A stretch of DNA of 64,000 nucleotides, taken from positions 11,038,001 to 11,102,000 of the forward strand of contig NC_087250.1 in assembly GCF_037042905.1 (NCBI RefSeq). The letters run 5' to 3'. The DNA comes from Lytechinus pictus (lineage: Eukaryota). Below are positions 51,745 through 62,869 of the stretch, piece by piece. A model generated the notes under the pieces. That model was not told the DNA's origin and made no database searches. It saw nothing but the letters and a program-made list of their open reading frames with translations. The position numbers and the translations under genes are program-made. Every line of letters begins with the position of its first letter. Positions within the stretch are counted from its first letter, which is position 1.

Positions 51745-54110
51745 ATTAGCTTGACGAATGAAATCCCCGGTCTTCTGTCTTCGTTTTCCAGACACCCAAC
51801 AACAGGTTTGGAAAACGAAGACCGAAGACCGGGGACATGCGTAATGTCAATAGTAGTAAAATAGTTGCAAACGCCAGTTGAGTTGAGTCTGCTTGTACGT
51901 GATTGCGCAGTATAGGGTGTATTGTATGCAAGTTTTCAGTTTTATGACAGTTTTCAGAATTGCAATGGCTGAATTCCGTGGGTGAAATATGTACATTATA
52001 ATTGTTATCTATCCTTATTAATCATGCCCTAGCTGATAACGATATTCACACAAATAACCATAACTTATCCGCAGCCAATCATAGCTGATGACGTATCCAA
52101 GATCAGAATATTCTTAAACTGGAGCTGAATATTATAGGCCTATCTTAGCTAGACGAATACGCAATCCCCGGTCTTCTGTCTTCGTTTTCCAGACACCCAA
52201 CAACAGGTTTGGAAAACGAAGACCGAAGACCGGGACATGCGTAATGTCAATGGTAGTAAAATAGTTGCAAACGCCAGTTGAGTTGAGTCTGCCTGTACGT
52301 GATTGCGCAGTATGAGGTGTATTGTATGCAAGTTTTCAGTTTTATGACAGTTTTCGGAATTGCAATGGCTGAATTCCGTGGGTGAAATATGTACGTTATC
52401 CTTAATATCATGCCCTAGCTGATAACGATATTCTAACAAATAACCATAACTTATCCGCAGCCAATCATAGCTGATGACGTATCCAAGATCAGAATATTCT
52501 TAAACTGGAGCTAAATATTATAGGCCTATCTTAGCTAGACGAATACGCAATCCCCGGTCTTCTGTCTTCGTTTTCCAGACACCCAAAAAAGGTTTGGAAA
52601 ACGAAGACCGAAGACCGGGGACATGCGTAATGTCAATGGTAGTAAAATAGTTGCAAACGCCAGTTGAGTTGAGTCTGCTTGTACGTGATTGCGCAGTATG
52701 GGGTGTATTGTATGCAAGTTTTCAGTTTTATGACAGTTTTCAGAATTGCAATGGCTGAATTCCGTGGGTGAAATATGTCCATTATAATTGTTATTTATCC
52801 TTATTAATCATGCCCTAGCTGATAACGATATTCACACAAATAACCATAACTTATCCGCAGCCAATCATAGCTTATGACGTATCCAAGATCGGAATATCCT
52901 TGTACTGGTGCTGAATATTATAGGCCTATCTTAGCTAGACGAATACGCAATCCCCGGTCTTCTGTCTTCGTTTTCCAGACACCCAACAACAGGTTTGGAA
53001 AACGAAGACCGAAGACCGGGACATGCGTAATGTCAATGGTAGTAAAATAGTTGCAAACGCCAGTTGAGTTGAGTCTGCCTGTACGTGATTGCGCAGTATG
53101 AGGTGTATTGTATGCAAGTTTTCAGTTTTATGACAGTTTTCGGAATTGCAATGGCTGAATTCCGTGGGTGAAATATGTACGTTATCCTTAATATCATGCC
53201 CTAGCTGATAACGATATTCTAACAAATAACCATAACTTATCCGCAGCCAATCATAGCTGATGACGTATCCAAGATCAGAATATTCTTAAACTGGAGCTAA
53301 ATATTATAGGCCTATCTTAGCTAGACGAATACGCAATCCCCGGTCTTCTGTCTTCGTTTTCCAGACACCCAACAACAGGTTTGGAAAACGAAGACCGAAG
53401 ACCGGGGACATGCGTAATGTCAATGGTAGTAAAATAGTTGCAAACGCCAGTTGAGTTGAGTCTGCTTGTACGTGATTGCGCAGTATGGGGTGTATTGTAT
53501 GCAAGTTTTCAGTTTTATGACAGTTTTCAGAATTGCAATGGCTGAATTCCGTGGGTGAAATATGTCCATTATAATTGTTATTTATCCTTATTAATCATGC
53601 CCTAGCTGATAACGATATTCACACAAATAACCATAACTTATCCGCAGCCAATCATAGCTTATGACGTATCCAAGATCGGAATATCCTTGTACTGGTGCTG
53701 AATATTATAGGCCTATCTTAGCTAGACGAATACGCAATCCCCGGTCTTCTGTCTTCGTTTTCCAGACACCCAACAACAGGTTTGGAAAACGAAGACCGAA
53801 GACCGGGGACATGCGTAATGTCAATGGTAGTAAAATAGTTGCAAACGCCAGTTGAGTTGAGTCTGCTTGTACGTGATTGCGCAGTATGGGGTGTATTGTA
53901 TGCAAGTTTTCAGTTTTATGACAGTTTTCAGAATTGCAATGGCTGAATTCCGTGGGTGAAATATGTACGCTATCCTTAATATCATGTCCTAGCTGATAAC
54001 GATATTCACACAAATAACCATAACTTATCCGCAGCCAATCATAGCTGATGACGTATCCAAGATCAGAATATTCTTGAACTGGTGCTGAATATTATAGGCC
54101 TATCTTAGCT
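51745..54110 (-). repeat. Inverted short array (~6 monomers) of the same satellite
   Basis: Reverse-complement monomers alternate long and short, with palindromes at about 51765, 52165, 52552, 52952, 53338 and 53739. Confidence 0.97.
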
Positions 54111-56529
54111 AGACGAATTGACGCGATCCCCGGTCTTCTGTCTTCGTTCTCCAGACACCCAACAACAGGTTGGGAAAACGAAGACCGAAGACCGGGGACA
54201 TGCGTTATGTCAATGGTAGTAAAATTGCAAATTAATGTCAGCCAATTAAGAAGGAAAAACCAGTTCACAGAATGTAATTCTTGAAAATGGAAAAACGGCA
54301 TACTGGTCTAACTGGTCGAGTTCACTTTACTGGACCAGTTAAGAATTAAACTGGTCTGAAATTACTGGCCTAGAGTTAACCTTTAACTGGAAATTTGAAA
54401 CTGGTCTGATTGATTACTGGAGTTTGTTACTTGTCTCAGTGGAATAGTGGTGTAAACTGGGAGACCTATCCCGCTTCAACTGGTCTAACTATACTAATTA
54501 TTGACACAAGCAATTAACATGACTTCATTATCAGCCAATTAATGACATTAATGTATTCTAGATCAGAATATTCTTGAATTTGAGCTGAATAATAGAGGCC
54601 TTCATAATGACATTTATAAGTGGTATCTTAGCTAAACGAATGCGATCCCCGGTCTTCGGTCTTCGTTTTCCAGACACCCAACAACGGGTTTGGAAAACGA
54701 AGATCGAAGACCGGGGACCCGTGCATTGTCAATGGGAGAACATGTGTCGGGGCAAGGTCCAAAGTCCATTCTAACCCGCGCACGTGTTTTGTATACACTT
54801 TGCACTGCTTTGTACACACTGGGCGTGAACCACAAACGCTTTCACACGAGTGTGATATGAGTCCCCGGTCTTCGGTCTTCGGTCTTCGTTTTCCAGACAC
54901 CCCTAGTATTCGTTTTCACGTACCTTTCATTCCATTTATTAGGGTTTTATCAACCATGTCAACGAATTGACGATCCCAATATTGACCGCATGTTTGTTTT
55001 AACATGAGAATTCGCAAATGCCCTTGATATTCATAATTCTGTTTTATTTTAAGTTTGTCATTAATGTTTGTTAACATTCACTCTGCTAATAACTTGTCAA
55101 TTTTGATTTACAAAAAAAAATCAAGTCTGCTTACTGATGTCCTTTGTCTATTTTAATTATTTTTTGTTGTTGATATGCCTTTCTTTCTTTTTTCCTGATT
55201 CCACCCTGTGCACCCCGTTAAAACTCAAGGAAGAATGTTTCAAATGTTTTCTAGTTCTTACACCGTTCATAATAAGGAGATGGGATTAGGTGTAAAGTTA
55301 ACGCTGAAGGGAGAGGAATGGGTACGTATGGAGAGAGAGAAAAAAACTTATCACAAAAGATAAAGAATTGATCTCCATGACATTAAATCACAATTGCGTC
55401 CTATTTTTTTAACAAGTTTGTATGATACATGTATGCCTCCCACGTAAGGCGTAAGGAAAAAAGTTTACCTAATGCATCAAATTAGATTAATTGATTAGAT
55501 TCATTGCGGTAAATGAAAAACAATAAATTCGATGTTCCAGCCAGGGTGACCAGATTTCACAAAATTTAATACGGGACAATCGACAAAGCACTATGTACCA
55601 TCGGATCGACCGAGCCAGGCCAAAAATCAACAAGAAGGCTACACAATGTTAGACTTGTTAACAAAATATATTAAGAAAGGGGAAGGGATGGTGAGCGGAA
55701 GAAACAAAAGAGAAAAAAATGAGGAAACAAGAAATGAGTTGCGAGGAAAGAAAAAAAAATAAGGAGAGAAAAGAGAAAAGTAAGAAAAATGGAGGAAAAG
55801 AGAAAGAAAGAAAGAAAAGGAATTCCTTCATTATTTGAAAGAAACAAAGACAAAAGAAAACATGAAGGAAGCAAGGAATGAAGAAAGGAAAGAAGGAATA
55901 AGGGAAAAGAATTAAAAGGGAAAACAGAAATTAAAAAATGAAAGAAAAGAAAACAAATAACATCTAAAAAAAAAAAATCTAGAATAGATTCTGATCACGC
56001 TAGTTTAAAAATATAATGGTCTATCACAACATAACCAAAGTACATGCACATGTATACATAATGCAATGTACGTACCCTAGGGTACCCGAGGATAAGTGCG
56101 GGCACGGCCAATATTATATAGCACGCAGGAAACTGCGGGCGCGGCTAAAACCCTAGGGGGCTCCCCTTGAATACCCTCGGTTAGACGCAAAAGCCCCCTA
56201 GGGTGTTTGCGTGCTCGGGCGTGACGTTTCCTGCGGCCGGCACTGTATTATTTAACGAAAATAAGGTGAAAATCTTGTAGTTTGTATTCCTTCATCTCTT
56301 TTCAACTAATGCTCATGAAATTTGGCACACACATCAGTCTTGAGTTGAAAATGTGCGAGAATATTTTTGTTTGTATCAGAAATCGTGTTGCCAAGGTAAC
56401 AACATATCATACGCCAAAATAAGATTAAGACAGTGGTCAATGCTAACTTTTGTTTGGCTACATAGAAAACGACATGTAGCTGTGGGCTTCGTTATCGTTT
56501 TTAATTTTAGGGTGGGGGGGGGGGGGGCT

Positions 56530-57815
56530 AGACCTCTAGATCTCAAACTACAGCCCCTAGCTTTAGATGTTAGCCAAAGATCAAGATCCTTCAGTCCTAG
56601 AAATAATCCAATGCTATATCCCTAGCTTACTTCCTTTTTCAGGCCTAATGTTAGATGAATAGATCTAGACTAGCCTACATTTACTATTTTTTTGAACTAG
56701 AATCAATATTTTGATCGAGTCTACAAGTTTCTACTCTAGATCTCGACCTATTACTTAGATTGATATAGTTCTACTTCTAGATCTAGATAGGGTCTAACTT
56801 TTAGTCTTAGTCATTTAGTCTAGATCTAGGCCTACGTTAGAGATTCTAGATCAAACAGTAGACTAGTCTGACTAGATCAGCCAACGTTAGGGCTACCGGC
56901 TAGGCTAGAAAAAGAATCTGGAATGAATAGAAGAAAGCATAGCCATACTAGGCTAGGCCGCCTAACTTGTTAGATCTTAACTAAATTTTTATATAAATCT
57001 AGGCCCCAGTCTAGACTGAGCTGTTGGTCTAGGTTTTACTTTAGGCCTGTTTTGTAGAAACCTAGATCTAAACAAACTCCCCAAAATGTATAAAATAAAA
57101 ACTCCTCCAAACAAACAGATGGACCTAAAAAAGAAGTACCGGTAGATCTAACTTAGTTAGATCTAACTTTTTACATAGATGTCTAGGTCAGGATTAGATC
57201 TAAGTTTAGGCGTAGTTGGCAAGCAATGCATAGCGATATGTCTAGCACTGTAGACAGGAATAACCGTCGTTTCTGGGGATTTATTTAAAAGTTTCTGACA
57301 TTTACTGTCATGTCACATTGGTGAGATTAGGGTCTAGGCCAACGTAATGTTAGACTGTCGAGTGTCTTACTCGTAGTTTAGCAGAAAACCCAAAATACAG
57401 TCGGAGACTGAAGCTTTTGGTCTAACTCTAACTAAGTTAGATAGTCCTACATGTAAATATATCCCTGTCCTAAGGCTAAGTAAGGCTAAGCCAGGCTTAG
57501 ACTTAGTCCCAAATGTTGTTCTAGGCCTAGACCAATACTATTTAGGTCTAGATCTATGCACTATATGTAGCTTCAGTCTCGGTTGCTCCACTATGGCATC
57601 CCACTAGACTAACAATAACATTGTAACAAAGTTACGTTACTTTTGCAAATTGCAGCCTTCATGAAAGTAAAAAAGTCAAAACAATGTTCAATTCTCCTCA
57701 AAACAGACGGATATTTTATAGATCTTGGGCCTAGGCTAGATCTAGGCCTAATGCTAGACCCAAGACTAGTCTCAAAAGTTACAAAAGTTTTCCCTTAGGG
57801 GGCCTAGGTCTACTT
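56530..57815. repeat. CTAG/TCTAGA/AGATCT/TAGGCCTA-rich cryptically simple region
   Basis: Dozens of short palindromic words occur here without a fixed period. Confidence 0.75.
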
Positions 57816-58446
57816 AAACTGAAGTTAAAGTAAACTGTCGAGAGGAATATATAGTTTATATTTTGACAAACAAATAACAATGCATGAAAAGTAATAAATG
57901 GGACTGATGCACAAAAAAACTGTGCAAGTCATTCGGTTTGGGATTGAAATGTTTTGGTAATTAACAAAATATAGATAATTTTAATAAAAAGTTCTTACCA
58001 TATATGGGTGACAAATGCTCTTCTCTTAGTACAATAGTTGTAATTAGTTTCAATTAAATCCAAAGTTTTAAGAAAAAAACAACTTCAGTGACATTTTTGC
58101 AAGTTTGTTGCAGTCACCCCTGCAGCAATTTATTATTGAGAAGGTCGCTGAAAGTCATAGAATTTGAGACTTTGGCTTAGCCATATCGCCTGACTTGAGA
58201 CAAATGTCTTAAAGTTTATAGAATATCGTTAGGGAAGATTTCTTAGACAAGCAAAATGCTAAGACAAATTGCTAAGACTTAAGCAAAAGGCTTATCTTGT
58301 TTATGGAATACGGGCCGAGGTACTTGCATTGTCCGTTTAACGATATATAAGATCCTGTTGTACTAAAACATCCCGTTTTCAAGTCAATATGCACCAAATA
58401 TGTTTCCTCGAACTTCGAGTTAGTATCGTTTTATTTAGTGACAAAA

Positions 58447-61240
58447 AATAATAATAATAAAGATAAAACATTGTATTTATATAGCGCTTAATACATGGTG
58501 TTTCTAAGCGCTTTACAAAAACAATTAAGTAGTATACATTAATATAATTGAACATTTAGTAAACAAGAAAGGAAATGTAAAGTGTAAAGTATTATCATAT
58601 TACAAATTAGGTAAGAAACGGCCTAATCAAGTTGGTAAATACAAAATAATAATAATAATAAAAGTAGTGACCATGATGACGGTTATTAATTAAGTAGTTC
58701 GAATACAATAAATTAAACAAAATTAATTATCAGAAATCCAATGACATATAATGTTCGAATAGTAAAGCAGTGCAATAGCTGTACATAAACAAACAAGAAA
58801 GAAAGGAACATTCGTTTGATATTGACAAGATTAAACTCAAAACTTAAATGAAGAATTGTGAAGGTAAGTTTTGAGGGAAGCTTTGAATGATTCGAATAAT
58901 GGGGCATCCCTCAATTCTATGGGAAGGTCATTCCAAAATTTTGGAGCAACAACACTAAATGCTCAGTTCCCATGCTTTGTCCGAGCTCTTGGTCCTTGGG
59001 CTAGTTGCAGATGAAGATGTGTGGAAGATCGGAGTCGTATGGATGTTGTCGGGATCCTAGGTGGGAGAAGGTCGCTAATATAAAAAGGGGCTTGACCATC
59101 TTGCGTTGTGTAAGTTATAATCAAGAGTTAGAAGATGATACGTGCAGAGACAGGAAGCCAGTGAAGAGAACGAAGGATAAGGGTGATGTTGTCGTGCTTT
59201 CTGGAACGAGTTACAAGCACCTCTAAACCTGAAGAAGACACGTAGAACCTTAGTTTTAGGGTCATTAAATTGAAGATTGTTCTATAGTGACCAGTCCTTA
59301 ACCTCTGCCTCCACAAATTGCATTGCTGCAATTTGTGGAGGCCAACGTTATGTTCGTCAAGTCTGATGACAGCATAAAACTGAGTGTCATCTGCGTACAT
59401 GATGTGCTTGACTCCTTTATGCGTGCTAATGACCTGCGATAGTGGACCGGTGTACAGTGCAAACGCCAAAGGACCAATGACAGAGCCCTGATGGATTCCC
59501 TTGTTGTTAACTTTGACCCTCTGTCTCCGATTTTCTAAGTTGGAAACCAGCCACTGTTGACCAACACCCTTGATACCATATTAACTTCAAGGATGGAGAT
59601 CAGATTTCCATGGTGACGGTCAATAGTATCAAAGGCAGTACCGTTATCTAGTAGAACCAATATCGCCTCATAACCCTTGAAGACAGCCAGTAAGAGATCG
59701 TTCGTTACTTTCACGAGCGTTCTAAGTTGTTTCCGTTGAGTGGAACGAACGATAGCCCGACTGCAAGGGAAACAAACACTTATTTTCTAGATACGCTTTC
59801 AACTGGAAGCTCGCAACTCGTTCAAGAACTTTTGCAAGGAACATTTGGTTTGACACAGGTCTATAGTTCCGAAGATCATTAGGATCTCAGCCACGTTTCT
59901 TCAGCAGGGGAACTACTTGGGCGACCTTGAAGCTGTCAGGAAGACTCCCAGAAGACAGCGATACGTTTACGGTGGAAGTGATAACTGGCAACCCATACAA
60001 CCCATACAACGCTTGACCAACCATGTTGGAAGAGGATCCAGCTTACAATATTTCGAACTCATGGCACCAATCACTTTTCTGACCTGGTTTCAGATACTGG
60101 TTCAAACGAAGAAAACTCACTATCACATCAGGGAATTTCCCCTAATTGACATTGAGTTGGGTCAAATCCTTTAATAATTTTAGGAATTTTCCTCTCGAAG
60201 AACTCACCAAGGTCATTTGCTAGTGACTCATCTGAATCCTGATTGGGAAGCACAGAAACTCGATCCGGGCAAGACAGCTTTTGGACAAACTTGAAAAGTT
60301 GTATTGTGTCACACTCTACAACTTCAGCTGACAGAAACTGTGTTGTTTGACACTGCACGGCGTTTTACTCGCTTAGCCTGACGAATGGAGTCGGTTAACC
60401 AAGGAGCCCGTGACCTTAAGGACACAACAGATGATTTAATTGGTGTGTGCTTATCCAATAGTTCCTACATCACATTGTACTGTAGAACTATTTCGGAAGA
60501 ACAAGATGAGAGCGAAGATGTAAGAGAAGATGCCAGAATGTCCAACCTGAATGAGTCCATAATGATATCACGAAACTTCCTGCAAGTGACAAGCTTCTTG
60601 GTGGCGGGCAGGTGTTCTAACCTAAAAGTGCACCATATACAGTCATGATCAGAAGGGAGACCCCTGATGAAATCAATCACAAGGACTACTTCGTCGACCC
60701 TTCTGGTTATCAGCAGATCTAGCGTATGCCCCGCTCTATGTGCGGAAGACATAACATGTTGTCGGAAACCGGCCTCATCCAAGGTATTGAGGAAAGTGGT
60801 AGCATATTTATCGTTGCGGTCATCTACATGTATGATGAAGTCACCAACCAACAGTGGAATTTTTTCAACTATTGCTACTGATTCCATAAGTGACGAAAAA
60901 TCCTTCAAGAACAAAACAAAATTAGTTTGTTCTTTGATGATGGAGATGGTCTGTAGATGGCAAAGATATGAAACACCAATGCATCATTAGACCGAATGGT
61001 GAAGTCCATCAACTCGAATGACTGAAAGTTGCTGAAGTCTTGAAGACTCACTTTGACCGTGGAACGATGGATGATGCAGATGCCTCCACCAGAACTTGTC
61101 GTACGAGGTTTGTGCACTATATCGTAATCATTAGGAGTCGTCCTAATGTCGGCAAGAGTATGATAGAGTATGATTATCCCGATGATCGCCCTTAAGCTAC
61201 GATTCGGTGACGATGAACACATCAAAGTCATTATCAATTA
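58447..61240 (-). mobile_element. Decayed L2-like LINE (APE endonuclease plus RT, many frameshifts and stops) with a (TTA)n 3' tail
   Basis: Minus-strand motifs include GGGICIIHR/IYRP (60905-61237), LVGDF..HVD, GHTLDLLITR and SDHDCI (60465-60914), and MYADDTQFY and LRSLHWLPVSARI (59128-59469). The 3' end is AAGCGCTTAGA...AAGCGCTATATAAAT...(TTA)n at ~58447-58513. Confidence 0.88.
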
Positions 61241-61574
61241 TAAGATCACAAATACTAGTTGTCTTGTTATTCATAGATCTGGCATTCCAATGGCCTATTT
61301 GAACTTTACTCCTAGAAGAACATTTCATATGAGGAGGGGTTCCAGTGAGTTGTATGAGTCCATAAGTATGAGGTCATAGGTCACGTTACGACGGACGTAT
61401 ACTTCATTTATAGCTCGCGAATTTCATCGATTTTTAGGACTAAAGGAAATTAGAATCAATCATTATCTCGGAACTATCATACTTCTAAAGGTGTAAAGAA
61501 AGCACATTTGTGTCTTTTATTTACTGGAAATCTCTACATCACCGGATCTTTTTGGATTTCATTTTGCCATAATC

Positions 61575-62787
61575 ATGACCGACATGTCGTATGTAGATAT
61601 GGCCACACCCCGACGTAGCGCCACGTATGAACGTAATGGCCCGAAGCCGGTCTTCATTGCAGCACGGGACATTCCATCAGCAAGAACTCCCTTAACAGGT
61701 GAGGACCTATACTGTTGCCTTATAAAATGTGTAAAACCCGAGCATATAGCCGGTATCCAGCGAATTGGTTCATTGTGGCGCTTATACCTAACTGAGCATG
61801 ATGAACGAGTGAAAGTGATTGTGAACGGCTTGTTTCTGCGCGGTGTGACTGTGTCTGTACATGATACGAACCCCTTTACAAAAGCCAGAGATGAACTTAT
61901 GACAAGGGTCTTGGTCAAAGATGTACCCCCTCAGTGGGAGATGACCTTATAAGAGCAACTTTGGAAGGGATGAAGTGTAACATAAGAGGAGAGATCATCC
62001 GACAGCAGCTCCGCGTCGGTGGATAGCTAACGTGCTGTCTGAATGGGGACCGCGTCGTTTACATAGACCCCCCCAGCAAGCCCCTCCCCAGATTTCTAGT
62101 CATTGCTAATGTGTTTCGTGCTAGAGCATTTCATGTCGGCCAGCCAGAACGAGAATCAGGAACAGCGATCTGTTCAAAGTGCTTGGAAAGCGGTCATCAT
62201 GCGTCTACTTGTAAAAACCCAGTAAAATGTCGTTCATGTAAACAAACGGGGCACCTGAGCCACAGCTGCCCCGCGAAGGCGTCTTCGAGCCATGGCAACG
62301 AAGACAATAGCGCCCAACCATCGACGAGCAGCCAACTGATGAGTCAACTCACTCAACTGAGTACCCCCGGCGTGAATCAAGTACGATGTTACGTCATTCG
62401 GCAAGGGTTCCCCATGATGACGTCAGCACAGTTGGGAGAAAGACACGTCAATTCGGCATTTCGGATTTCTTGAGACCAAAAGATACCACTGCTACTGGCC
62501 CTGCTACTGGCGTTGCCAACGATTCTGCTACCGGTTCTACTCCTGTGGAACATGTTTCGCGTCAAAGATCGAGCGATGTCGAATACGCTTCTCATCGCAG
62601 TACAACGCGTGATGATGGAGAAGATGAATTCACAAGTTGCTACTCGACTTCAAGCGACGACGAGAAATCACCACTATCACCGGAAACTCCAACTCCAGAC
62701 AGGCAAAAACATGGAAAAACATCTACGAAAAGGAAATTGAAAGGAAAGAAAACAAGCAAAAAAGCAGAGTGCAAAGGAAAACACTAA
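61575..62787 (+). pseudogene. Tx1/L1-clade LINE ORF1 (nucleic-acid-binding protein with two CCHC zinc knuckles), disrupted
   Basis: ORF pieces 61575-61952, 62111-62473 and 62386-62787 are joined by frameshifts and a TAG near 62023. The knuckles are CSKCLESGHHASTC and CRSCKQTGHLSHSC, followed by a basic C-terminus. Confidence 0.8.
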
Positions 62788-62869
62788 GTTGTAAGCGAAC
62801 AACGAATGAAATGGAAAAGTATAAGTCGATCATGAAATGGAAGAAATCAATTCAAAATCAACAAAATCA

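Larger units (their letters stand above)
10032..54905. mobile_element. Foldback-like non-autonomous element with long, tandem-repeat-containing inverted arms (left 10032-39920, right ~51745-54830, plus terminus to 54905)
   Basis: The unique lead-in 10032-~10760 is mirrored at ~54100-54830, and the same 387/401-bp repeat follows in opposite orientations. The innermost monomers of both arms share the CTACTATTG variant (ILLLLTL in ORFs 39626 and 51746). The true left terminus is uncertain and may be 8893. Confidence 0.8.
7191..56245. mobile_element. TA-TSD DNA transposon (Tc1/mariner-like CAGTG ends), non-autonomous, spanning ~49 kb because of nested insertions
   Basis: Structure is TA|CAGTGCCGGCCGCGGGAAACGTCAC ... 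GTGACGTTTCCTGCGGCCGGCACTG|TA (24/25 match). CCCTAGGG motifs are present in both subterminal regions. Excising it restores the flanking 150-bp repeat unit. Confidence 0.88.
6259..58316. mobile_element. Outermost TIR element of the nest (PIF/Harbinger-like ends), inflated to ~52 kb by nested insertions
   Basis: GGCCCGTATTCCATAAAC(G/A)AGATAAGC at 6259 is inverted at the end ...GCTTATCTTGTTTATGGAATACGGGCC (58316). Both subterminal regions are rich in CTAAG/CTTAG. Its internal ~150-bp minisatellite continues across the 7191-56245 insertion. The TSD is not clean (CTG vs GAG). Confidence 0.75.

Noticed and set aside
39921..51745. Transposase or recombinase gene in the centre of the foldback element
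   Set aside because: No ORF with DDE, tyrosine-recombinase or HUH motifs is visible. Short spliced or decayed exons cannot be excluded without a translated search.
55541..55580. CAGGGTGACCAGA...CGGGACA, a hAT-like terminal motif (other lone ends at ~6022, 8591, 49978, 50519 and 51551)
   Set aside because: I could not pair these ends with a partner TIR and TSD, so they are not called as elements.
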